Origin: an uncultured Syntrophomonas sp.
Lineage (GTDB): Bacteria; Bacillota; Syntrophomonadia; Syntrophomonadales; Syntrophomonadaceae
Length of the DNA: 48,960 bases
Assembly: GCA_964640845.1 (NCBI GenBank)
Contig: CAZXIR010000001.1
Span: forward strand, 1 to 48,960
Reading direction: 5' to 3'
Every line of letters begins with the position of its first letter. Positions within the stretch are counted from its first letter, which is position 1. The notes beneath the pieces are model-generated. The model made no database searches. It had not been told where the DNA came from and was given only the letters and a program-made list of their open reading frames with translations. Both the position numbers and the translations under genes were made by a program. Positions 29,012 through 37,122 of this stretch are shown here, in pieces.

Positions 29012-29123
29012 AAAAAAAACTCCCATAGGAGTCGTAAGAATGGTGTCAGGTCCTGCTTGCGCAAAGTGCAGCCAGGATTACCACCTCATTCTTTTACCTA
29101 CCGTCTTACCTTCCTACCTTTTT
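29012..29123 (-). promoter_or_regulatory. Candidate cis-regulatory leader RNA, proximal copy, ending in an intrinsic terminator 33 nt upstream of the TRAP binding-protein start
   Basis: Minus strand reads AAAAAGGTAGGAAGGTAAGACGGTAGGTAAAAGAATGAGGTGGTAATCCTGG...CACCATTCTTACGACTCCTATGGGAGTTTTTTTT. Terminator stem ACTCC/GGAGT plus U8. The 5' half is near-identical to the copy at 29271-29390. Confidence 0.55.
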
Positions 29124-29270
29124 ACTTGTTAAACCATCCTACAATACTACCGGTCAAAACCTCTTACCGGGTTTTCCCTACAGTATCAAATCTTAAAGAG
29201 TAACTAATATGAGGACAATACTGATTGATGATCTTAGTTATTTTCGCCTCCCTTTTTAAAATATCAGGGA

Positions 29271-29390
29271 AATAAAAAAACTCCCGCAGGAGTTGAAGAA
29301 CAGCATCAGATACATCATCCCGTTAGCATAACAGAAACAGGATTAGCACCTTTAGTCTTTTAACTACCGTTCTTACCTTCCTACCTTTTG
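29271..29390 (-). promoter_or_regulatory. Candidate cis-regulatory leader RNA, distal copy, with its own intrinsic terminator
   Basis: Minus strand reads CAAAAGGTAGGAAGGTAAGAACGGTAGTTAAAAGACTAAAGGTGCTAATCCTGTT...GCTGTTCTTCAACTCCTGCGGGAGTTTTTTTA. Terminator stem AACTCC/GGGAGTT plus U7. Confidence 0.55.
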
Positions 29391-30173
29391 ACAACCAACT
29401 ATTATGAATTTACCAATAAACCCAACTGAGAGTTGGTATTTATTCCTACTCTTGTATTTTCTCAGATATACATAAAAATTTCAATATCAAATTTTGCTGA
29501 TCTTGGTTTAATTCTATGCATTTTAGTTCTTAAAAATAGCTCTTATTTTAGAAGCTATTGTCCCACAATAAGGGAAATATCCCATTGGAATATCATTCTG
29601 GATAAACCTGAAATCCTTTTCCAATGCAAAGAGTAAAGCCCGGATCAAGATAAAACATTGGCCAGTAAATAAATCAGTATTATAATATATATAATCAATA
29701 CACATTGAAAGGGTTCAATTTCACACTGTATAAAGAAATTATCCACACCCTAAAGATTGTTTCAACCAATACTTAACTACAAATTAGTAAAGATTTTGCC
29801 ATTACAAGTAGGTTTAAGACTATTGTTCACGATTGACTTTGCACTATAATTAGACAATAATAGACATTGTGAACAAATATTCTTACGTGCTAGTAATATT
29901 GCAGCAGAATTGTTGAAATAAAAGGTTATTTAGCAGGTCTTTATATACCCGGAATTACATTGAAAACAGAAAAATGCCTAATATACAGTCCTTATATCTG
30001 AACTAATACTGTCTACTTCAGCTTAAGGGCCAGTCTGTTATAAATTCTGCATATAAAATGGGCTAGTTGCAGAAAATTGGAGAGGAGGAAAAGTCTGCAT
30101 TGAAAAGGGAAAAGAATCAAAACAAAGTTGGTAAAATCCGCGAAAGAGGTACTATGCAAAGGAGGGAAAGGGT

Positions 30174-30539
30174 TTGCTAGCAGAATATCCAGCCCTGGGA
30201 ATATTTTTTCTAATCACTTTGGCCTTTCCTGTGGCAGCCATGGCTATGGCCTGGCTATTCCGGCCTAAACCAAAGGCAGCACCAGACCATGAAAAATATA
30301 CCACTTATGAATGTGGGGTAGATACCCAAGGTAAAACCTGGATCAGGTTTAAAGTGAACTATTTTTTGTATGCTCTGGTGTTTCTGGCCTTTGATGTAGA
30401 AATCGTATTTCTTTATCCTTGGGCCGTCAAGTTCGGAGTCTTGGGACCTTTTGCCTTTATCGAGATGATAATCTTCATCGCCATATTACTTATTGCACTA
30501 TGGTATGCCTGGAAGGAGGGGGCTTTGGAATGGTATTAG
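30174..30539 (+). CDS. nuoA: NADH-quinone oxidoreductase (complex I-like) subunit A
   Basis: 121 aa, three TM segments, YECG motif. First gene of a collinear nuo cluster. TTG start after AAGGAGGG. Confidence 0.85.
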   Translation: MLAEYPALGIFFLITLAFPVAAMAMAWLFRPKPKAAPDHEKYTTYECGVDTQGKTWIRFKVNYFLYALVFLAFDVEIVFLYPWAVKFGVLGPFAFIEMIIFIAILLIALWYAWKEGALEWY

Positions 30540-31042
30540 ATACTAAAAATAAGGACCAGGATAATGATGTAGAAGAACTGGCCAGTAACAATATCCTGGT
30601 TACTAGCTTTGAGAAACTATGGAATTGGGGAAGATCCTGGTCTTTCTGGCCCTTAAATTATGGCTGTAATTGCTGTCCCATCGAAGTCATGGCTGCAGGA
30701 GCAGGCAGATTTGACCAAGCTCGCTTTGGATATGAGGTAGTAAGGGCGGTGCCCCGTCAGGCTGATCTATTGACCGTGGCGGGTCCTATCACCCTTAAGA
30801 TGAAACCAGCCGTTGAGCGGGTGTGGGCGCAGATGCCGGAGCCCAAGTGGGTGATCGCCATGGGCAATTGTGCTATTAGCGGCGGACCTTTTACAGATGG
30901 CTACAGTGTGTTGCCGGGGGTAGATTCAATTATTCCCGTGGATGTATATATACCAGGATGCCCGGTAAGGCCGGAAGCCTTGTTTCACGGCATGCTGGAG
31001 TTAAAAAAGAAAGTCCAGCAGGGCGAATACCGGAGGAGTTGA
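30530..31042 (+). CDS. nuoB: Complex I subunit B (N2 Fe-S cluster subunit)
   Basis: [19 protein letters not shown] and PGCPVRPE cluster-binding motifs. ATG 30530 follows GGAAGGAGGGGG and overlaps the nuoA stop. The track start at 30419 lies inside nuoA. Confidence 0.9.
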   Translation: MVLDTKNKDQDNDVEELASNNILVTSFEKLWNWGRSWSFWPLNYGCNCCPIEVMAAGAGRFDQARFGYEVVRAVPRQADLLTVAGPITLKMKPAVERVWAQMPEPKWVIAMGNCAISGGPFTDGYSVLPGVDSIIPVDVYIPGCPVRPEALFHGMLELKKKVQQGEYRRS

Positions 31043-31046
31043 TAAG

Positions 31047-31496
31047 GTGCAGGATTTTAACCTGGAGCAGATGGTCCAGAACCTGGAAGAGCAACTAGGA
31101 GATAAACTGAGAACGGTAATGGATCAATTTTTCACGGTCTTGAATGTAGAAAAAAGTGAATTAAAAACTTTAATGCTTAGACTCAGAGATAATTATGGAT
31201 TCAACCACCTGGCTAATCTTAGCTCGGTTGATTATAATGAGGAATTTGAAGTAGTTTACCACCTTTATTCGATTCCCACCAACCACAAGATTTGTGTTAA
31301 GACTAGGGTTCCCAGAAACTCGGCAGAAGTGGATTCGCTAATAGATATCTGGCCCACCGCCGACTGGCAGGAAAGAGAAGTATATGACCTGATGGGAATC
31401 CAGTTTAAAGGTCATCCCAACCTGATCCGGGTCTTGCTCCCGGACAATTTTGATGGGCATCCCCTGCGCAAGGATTTTGTGATGGGAGGGCGATGA
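31047..31496 (+). CDS. nuoC: Complex I subunit C
   Basis: 149 aa. WPTADWQEREVYDLMGIQFKGHPN signature. GTG start after GGAGGAG. Confidence 0.9.
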   Translation: MQDFNLEQMVQNLEEQLGDKLRTVMDQFFTVLNVEKSELKTLMLRLRDNYGFNHLANLSSVDYNEEFEVVYHLYSIPTNHKICVKTRVPRNSAEVDSLIDIWPTADWQEREVYDLMGIQFKGHPNLIRVLLPDNFDGHPLRKDFVMGGR

Positions 31497-31499
31497 TAG

Positions 31500-32600
31500 T
31501 TGATGCAAACCGATGTATATACAGTTAATGTTGGCCCCATTCATCCCAGTACCCATGGTGGTTTACACGCCGAAGCAGTAATGGATGGAGAGATCATCCA
31601 GGATGTCATCGTACACTTGGGCTATGTGCATAGAAGCGTGGAAAAAATCGCCGAAAGCAGAACTTATCAGCAGTTTGTTCCCTATACCGCCCGGCTGGAT
31701 TACCTGGCCACCAACCTGCCGGTTCTAGGCTACTGCCAGACGGTAGAAAAGCTGCTGGGTATCCAGGTACCGGAACGTGCTCAGTATATCCGGGTTATTA
31801 TGGCCGAACTGTCCCGGATTGCCTCTCACCAAATAGCCATTGCCGCCACGGGAATAGACCTGGGGGCTACTACCGGCCTGATGTATGGCATGCGGGACCG
31901 GGAGAGGATCATGAATATCTTTGAGATGACCGGAGGGCAGCGCTTGTTATCTTCCTACATCAGAATAGGGGGAGTTGCTCTTGATATACCAGATGGATTC
32001 ATTGGGACGGTCAGGAGTTTAGTAAATGATGTTCCCCAGATGATAGATGAATATAATGGCCTGATGACCGGTAACGAGATATGGGCTGCGCGGATGCAGG
32101 GAGTTGGTATCCTTAGCCTGGAAGATGCTGTGAATTACGGTGTGACCGGTCCCAACTTAAGAGCCTGCGGGATAGCCTATGATATTCGAAAAGCTGAACC
32201 CTATGGAATCTATGATCGTTTTGCTTTTGATATACCCATCGGCAATCGGGGAGATTCGCTGGACCGCTGGAAGGTTCGAATTGAAGAGATTGGGCAGAGT
32301 AGCCGCATCATAAAACAGGCCCTGGATAATCTTCCCGAAGGGGAAATAACCGCTCGAGTTCCCAGAGTCTTGAAACCTGAGCCGGGTAAAGAGGTCTATC
32401 ACCGGATCGAGTCAGCCAAAGGAGAACTGGGCTACTATATAGTAAGCGATGGCAGCAATAAACCTTATCGTCTGCACGTAAGGGCGCCATCCTTCATCAA
32501 CTTGATGGTTTTGCCTCTGGTATGCCGGGGAGGGGTGTTCCAGGACATCATTACCAATATTGCTACCCTGGATCCGATACTGGGGGAATCAGATAGATAG
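31500..32600 (+). CDS. nuoD: Complex I subunit D
   Basis: 366 aa. NVGPIHPSTHG, LGYVHRSVEKI and a C-terminal DPILGESDR-type ending. The start may be ATG 31503. Confidence 0.9.
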   Translation: MMQTDVYTVNVGPIHPSTHGGLHAEAVMDGEIIQDVIVHLGYVHRSVEKIAESRTYQQFVPYTARLDYLATNLPVLGYCQTVEKLLGIQVPERAQYIRVIMAELSRIASHQIAIAATGIDLGATTGLMYGMRDRERIMNIFEMTGGQRLLSSYIRIGGVALDIPDGFIGTVRSLVNDVPQMIDEYNGLMTGNEIWAARMQGVGILSLEDAVNYGVTGPNLRACGIAYDIRKAEPYGIYDRFAFDIPIGNRGDSLDRWKVRIEEIGQSSRIIKQALDNLPEGEITARVPRVLKPEPGKEVYHRIESAKGELGYYIVSDGSNKPYRLHVRAPSFINLMVLPLVCRGGVFQDIITNIATLDPILGESDR

Positions 32601-32649
32601 AAGCAGTCAATCCCATTGACTAATCAGACTCAAGAGGAGCGAATGATTT

Positions 32650-33690
32650 ATGGAACCTTTGTTTATTAATCTGGTAGCAGCCTTAACCGGGTGGCTGATA
32701 AGCCTGGGTTTGTCACCCATATGGGCCGATACTGTTTTGTTATTAGTTAAATGGATAATAATAATCACTATAATTACCCTAAACATTATTATCTTGATTT
32801 GGCTGGAGAGAAAAGTCAGTGCTTTTTTCCAGGAAAGATTGGGTCCCAATAGACTGGGGCCTTTCGGGATATTCCAAACCCTGGCTGACACCCTCAAGCT
32901 TTTGACCAAGGAAGATATTGTGCCGTCAGCAGCAGACAAACTCATTTTTAAAACCGCCCCCATGTTGTTCATAGTGGTGGCAGTAATGCTGTATACGGTA
33001 ATACCTATGGGTGAAGGTCTGGAAGTCATTAACTTGAATGTGGGACTATTGTTCTTCATTTCTATCGCATCTCTGGGTACCATTGCTCTGATAATGGCTG
33101 GCTGGGGATCCAATAATAAATGGTCTTTAATGGGCTCGCTGCGTTCAGTGGCCCAGATGATAAGTTATGAGATACCCCTGGCCTTTTCTCTGTTGGGAGT
33201 AGTGATGATCACCGGCTCATTAAACCTCCAGGATATTGTAGCGGCCCAAGATAACCTGTGGTTTATTATCCTGCAGCCGATTGCCTTTATAACCTATTTT
33301 ATTGCCGCTACAGCGGAGTTAAACAGGGGACCTTTCGATATGCCGGAAGCGGAGCAGGAACTGACCGGCGGTGCATATACCGAATATACCGGTATGCGTT
33401 GGGCGCTCTTTTTCCTGGCCGAATATACCAACCTGGTAGCCGTATCTGCTTTGATGGCCACCGTTTTCCTGGGCGGATGGCAGGGTCCCTGGCTGCCATC
33501 CTGGTTATGGATCATAATTAAGACTTACGGAGTTATCCTGGTATTTTTCTGGGTAAAATGGACTTTTCCCCGTATCCGTATGGATCATCTGATGTCTTTT
33601 AGCTGGAAGGTCTTGGTGCCAGTAAGTCTGGGCAACATACTGCTTACTGGCGCGGGAATCTATTTTTGCAGATGGATGGGGTGGTGTTAG
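32650..33690 (+). CDS. nuoH: Complex I subunit H
   Basis: 346-aa polytopic protein. ERKVSAFFQERLGPNRLGPFG and AELNRGPFDMPEAEQEL signatures. Confidence 0.9.
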   Translation: MEPLFINLVAALTGWLISLGLSPIWADTVLLLVKWIIIITIITLNIIILIWLERKVSAFFQERLGPNRLGPFGIFQTLADTLKLLTKEDIVPSAADKLIFKTAPMLFIVVAVMLYTVIPMGEGLEVINLNVGLLFFISIASLGTIALIMAGWGSNNKWSLMGSLRSVAQMISYEIPLAFSLLGVVMITGSLNLQDIVAAQDNLWFIILQPIAFITYFIAATAELNRGPFDMPEAEQELTGGAYTEYTGMRWALFFLAEYTNLVAVSALMATVFLGGWQGPWLPSWLWIIIKTYGVILVFFWVKWTFPRIRMDHLMSFSWKVLVPVSLGNILLTGAGIYFCRWMGWC

Positions 33691-33692
33691 AT

Positions 33693-34382
33693 ATGAATGG
33701 ACAAGGATTGATCAAAGGACTGGGCATTACCTTGAAACATTTCTTCCAGAAAGAGATAACCGAGCAGTATCCGGATGTAATGCCAGAACTGGCTCCGCGT
33801 TTTCGAGGCTGCCTGCAGTTTGAATTTGAAAAATGCATAGCCTGTGGTATTTGTGTAAACAGTTGTCCCAATAATGTGCTGTCATTTGAAACCGAAAAAG
33901 ATGAAAACAGTAAAAAGAAGAAACTGTTAAGCTATACCATAGATTTTCAACGCTGCATGTTCTGTAACCTTTGTGTGGAAGGCTGCCCCAAAGAGTGCAT
34001 ATATTTCGATCATAATTTTGAACTATCCAAATTCAATCGGGAGGATATAAAGATGGTCTATCTGCGCCCGGAAGGCCTGGACCTGCAAGAAGACGAAAGC
34101 GGTGCAGCCCAGCAAGACCAAAAGGTTGATAAAGAGCAGAAGCAGATCGAGGCCATGCAAAAAGCACTGCAGAAGAATCCCGGCAAAGTCCTGAGCAAAA
34201 TCATGGAACAGGAAGTGGATATCAATATATTGTCTGAATTGATGCAATCGGATGAGAAAACTGCCGGGAAAATTGCTGAGCTGATGGTTAAAGACAAAGA
34301 AAAGGCAGCTAAAGTAGCGGCAGGCTTTGTTAACAAGGAAAAGAAAAAGCGCCTCCAGGCAGAGGAAGGAGGAGAGGCATAA
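33693..34382 (+). CDS. nuoI: Complex I subunit I (2x[4Fe-4S]) with a roughly 105-aa Lys/Glu-rich C-terminal extension
   Basis: CIACGICVNSCP and CMFCNLCVEGCP motifs. ATG 33693 lies 2 nt after the nuoH stop. The tail from about 34065 is KE-rich low complexity. Confidence 0.85.
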   Translation: MNGQGLIKGLGITLKHFFQKEITEQYPDVMPELAPRFRGCLQFEFEKCIACGICVNSCPNNVLSFETEKDENSKKKKLLSYTIDFQRCMFCNLCVEGCPKECIYFDHNFELSKFNREDIKMVYLRPEGLDLQEDESGAAQQDQKVDKEQKQIEAMQKALQKNPGKVLSKIMEQEVDINILSELMQSDEKTAGKIAELMVKDKEKAAKVAAGFVNKEKKKRLQAEEGGEA

Positions 34383-34912
34383 TGTTGGATTTCTCTGCTT
34401 TCTCATTATATGATGCGGTATTTATAGCCATTGCTGGAGTAACGGTTTTTGGCGCCCTAGGGGTAGTCTTGTTCAGAAATATCATTTACAGCGCCTTGAG
34501 CCTGATTTTGGCCTTCCTGGGAGTAGCCGCAATCTATTTTCAGTTAAATGCCGGTTTTTTAGGAGTTATACAGATCCTGGTATATGCTGGAGCTATATCA
34601 GTATTGATTATTTTCGCCATTATGCTGGTGATGAATAGACCTGCCGGCAGATCTAATCTAACCAGTCCGCGCATCAGGGAAGCTTTTGTCGGTGGTACTA
34701 TTACTGCTATGATGCTTACGGCCCTGATTGCGGCCATTGGGCTTTCTGATTGGCCCAAAAGAGTGCTGTTTGCAGGAGCAGATGATACGGTGGGGATCTT
34801 GGCAGAACTAATGCTGGGTGACTATGTAGTGGCCTTTGAGGCCGCTGCTATACTACTCTTGGTAGCAGTTGTGGGGGCTATTATACTGGCAAAGGGGGTT
34901 GAAAACAAGTGA
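34382..34912 (+). CDS. nuoJ: Complex I subunit J
   Basis: 176 aa, five TM segments. ILVYAGAISVLIIFAIML signature. TAATG overlap with nuoI. Confidence 0.85.
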   Translation: MLDFSAFSLYDAVFIAIAGVTVFGALGVVLFRNIIYSALSLILAFLGVAAIYFQLNAGFLGVIQILVYAGAISVLIIFAIMLVMNRPAGRSNLTSPRIREAFVGGTITAMMLTALIAAIGLSDWPKRVLFAGADDTVGILAELMLGDYVVAFEAAAILLLVAVVGAIILAKGVENK

Positions 34913-35217
34913 TAGGATTACCCCATTATTTAGTACTGGGTGCGGTAGTTTTTTCCATTGGTGTTTTTGGAGTTCTAACCCGGCGTAATGCAGTAGCGGT
35001 ATTAATGTCGGTGGAACTGATGCTAAATGCGGTAAATATCAATTTCGTGGCTGCTAACAAGTTTGTTGCTGCCGGCACCGCGGTGGGACAGTTGTTTTCG
35101 GTATTCATTATTGTGGTAGCAGCGGCGGAAATCGCTGTCGGTCTGGCTCTGGTTATATCCATTTACCGGCAGCGGGGAACTATTGATCTCCATGATTTTA
35201 ATCTGTTGAAGTGGTGA
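34909..35217 (+). CDS. nuoK: Complex I subunit K
   Basis: 102 aa, three TM segments. MSVELMLNAVN and AAAEIAVGLAL signatures. GTGA overlap with nuoJ. Confidence 0.9.
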   Translation: MIGLPHYLVLGAVVFSIGVFGVLTRRNAVAVLMSVELMLNAVNINFVAANKFVAAGTAVGQLFSVFIIVVAAAEIAVGLALVISIYRQRGTIDLHDFNLLKW

Positions 35218-35218
35218 G

Positions 35219-37105
35219 GTGATGCATATGTATGAATTTATTTTACCTAATGCCTGGCTGATAGCCTTTTTGCCCTTTTTAGCTTCTGCACTAATAGGAT
35301 TATTTTTGCATCGCTGGCCCAGTTTATCAGCAGGTTTGTCTATACTCAGTATAGGTTTGGCATTTCTATTGTCTATCCCCATTGCCCTGGCAGTATTCTC
35401 GGAACCGGGAGGGGCAATATTCGAGTTTTCCGTGCGCTGGCTCAGTATGCCAGGATTACAGGTGGATATGGGTCTGCTCTTGGATCCGCTCACAGCGGTT
35501 ATGCTGATAGTAGTTACTTCAATAGCCACATTGGTGCAGATATATTCCCTGGGCTATATGGAGGGAGATCCGGGTTTTGCCAGTTATTTTGGCTACCAGA
35601 GTCTATTTGCAGCTTCCATGCTGGGTCTGGTGATGGCTAATAATTTTGGACAGATGTTTGTATTCTGGGAACTGGTAGGGATATGTTCCTATTTTCTGAT
35701 CGGGTTTTGGTTCGGGCTGGATTCTGCCAAAAACGCAGCCATCAAAGCCTTTATAACTAATCGGGTAGGAGACTTTGGATTTTTACTGGGGATACTATTC
35801 CTGCAGATTATTTTTGGTACCCTGAGTTTTACTGCTCTGGCCGACCAAGTGCCTGGCTTTACTAATATGGCAGTTTTAGTTCCGGTGGCCATACTGCTGT
35901 TCTTTGGACCCATGGGTAAATCGGCTCAGTTTCCTTTACATGGATGGCTGCCTGATGCCATGGAAGGTCCTACTCCGGTCAGTGCCTTGATTCATGCGGC
36001 CACCATGGTAGCCGCCGGGGTGTACCTGGTAGCCCGGGCCTTTTTCATATTTGCCAGTGTGCCACAGGCTATGACCGTAATAGCGGTAGTCGGTGGTTTT
36101 ACCGCCTTGTTTGCCGCTACCATCGCTATTACCCAGAATGATATTAAAAGGATCCTGGCTTATTCAACCTTAAGTCAGCTGGGGTATATGATGATGGCTA
36201 TGGGAGTAGGGGCTATGACTGCCGGTATGTTTCACTTGATGACTCATGCCTTCTTCAAGAGCCTTTTGTTCCTGGGGGCCGGTAGTGTGATACATGCTAT
36301 GCATGGTGAACAGAATATCTGGAAAATGGGCAATGTTTCCAAGAAGATGCCCATAACCACCTGGACCTTTATAATCGGGGCCTTGGCCCTGTCCGGAATT
36401 CCGCCCCTATCGGGATTTTGGAGCAAGGATGAAATACTCTTGGCTGCCTATTCCAGCGGCCATATGGGATTGTATGTTCTGGGGGCAGTAGTGGCTTTCA
36501 TGACCGCCTTTTATATGTTCCGGCTCATATTTACTGCCTTCTATGGTAAGAATACTCAGGGTGAGAAGGCCCATGAGAATAGAGGGGTTATTACCGTGCC
36601 TCTAATTCTCCTGGCCCTAGCAGCTATCTTGGTCGGCTTGGTTAATTCTCCCCTTATGCACCATGTGTTTGGAGAATTCGTCAACAGTCCGTTGGGCATC
36701 AATCCACATCCAAGCATGGCTATAATGATTTCATCCTCCCTGATAGCCGGGTCTGGAATATTACTGGCCTGGTTAATGTATCAGAAGGAGCTGATCAGTC
36801 ATAAAGCCTTGCGTAATAGATTTTCAGGCATTCACCAGCTGGTTCAGAATAAATACTATATCGATGAAATATATACCCGGATAGGAGAGATATTGGTTTA
36901 CGGAGGAGCCCGGGCCATGTTCTGGTTTGACATCCATGTGGTCAATGGGATAGTTGATGGCATCGCTTTTCTTACTGGTAAAAGTGGAGATACCTTGAGA
37001 TATACGGAAGATGGACAGGTTCAGAGCTATGCCATGTACATGATGGCCGGGGTATTAATCCTGGTAGTATTGGCTGCTGTAGCAGTCGAGTCGGCAGTAT
37101 TATGA
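35219..37105 (+). CDS. nuoL: Complex I subunit L (antiporter-like)
   Basis: 628 aa. GKSAQFPLHGWLPDAMEGPTPVSALIHAATMV signature. Confidence 0.9.
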   Translation: MMHMYEFILPNAWLIAFLPFLASALIGLFLHRWPSLSAGLSILSIGLAFLLSIPIALAVFSEPGGAIFEFSVRWLSMPGLQVDMGLLLDPLTAVMLIVVTSIATLVQIYSLGYMEGDPGFASYFGYQSLFAASMLGLVMANNFGQMFVFWELVGICSYFLIGFWFGLDSAKNAAIKAFITNRVGDFGFLLGILFLQIIFGTLSFTALADQVPGFTNMAVLVPVAILLFFGPMGKSAQFPLHGWLPDAMEGPTPVSALIHAATMVAAGVYLVARAFFIFASVPQAMTVIAVVGGFTALFAATIAITQNDIKRILAYSTLSQLGYMMMAMGVGAMTAGMFHLMTHAFFKSLLFLGAGSVIHAMHGEQNIWKMGNVSKKMPITTWTFIIGALALSGIPPLSGFWSKDEILLAAYSSGHMGLYVLGAVVAFMTAFYMFRLIFTAFYGKNTQGEKAHENRGVITVPLILLALAAILVGLVNSPLMHHVFGEFVNSPLGINPHPSMAIMISSSLIAGSGILLAWLMYQKELISHKALRNRFSGIHQLVQNKYYIDEIYTRIGEILVYGGARAMFWFDIHVVNGIVDGIAFLTGKSGDTLRYTEDGQVQSYAMYMMAGVLILVVLAAVAVESAVL

Positions 37106-37122
37106 GAGGGGGTAGGTAATCA

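Noticed and set aside
29060-29123. Leader-RNA block interpreted as a T-box (GGUGGUAAUCC vs the T-box GGUGGUACC core), or as a TRAP/HutP-type triplet-repeat binding site
   Set aside because: The unit is only about 115 nt. It has no Stem I or specifier architecture, and no aminoacyl-tRNA-related gene lies downstream. The UAG/UAA triplets are spaced 5-6 nt apart (8-9-nt phasing), which fits neither the 2-3-nt spacers of TRAP nor the 4-nt spacers of HutP. I kept it as an unclassified element instead.
29623-29641. Sigma-54-like element GGGCTT-TACTCT-TTGCA on the minus strand upstream of the TRAP leader
   Set aside because: The GG to GC spacing is one nucleotide longer than the canonical TGGCAC-N5-TTGCA, and the -24 box is poor. 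Sigma-54 promoters tolerate almost no spacing change.
29433-29705. Two overlapping 60-67-aa ORFs (29433-29636 plus strand, 29523-29705 minus strand) in the TRAP/nuo intergenic region
   Set aside because: The region is AT-rich. The ORFs lack an RBS, overlap each other on opposite strands, and encode Ile/Phe/Leu/Tyr-rich low-complexity sequences typical of random AT-rich ORFs.
30100-30180. A 26-codon basic upstream ORF (TTG start, [26 protein letters not shown]) ending 4 nt into nuoA
   Set aside because: The GGAGG is about 11 nt from a TTG start, which is marginal. The region is simply purine-rich, and I cannot support translation from sequence alone.
30419-30529. Long N-terminal version of nuoB overlapping nuoA by 121 nt
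   Set aside because: The extra 37 residues are read out of frame from nuoA coding sequence. ATG 30530 has a strong RBS and gives a normal NuoB N terminus.
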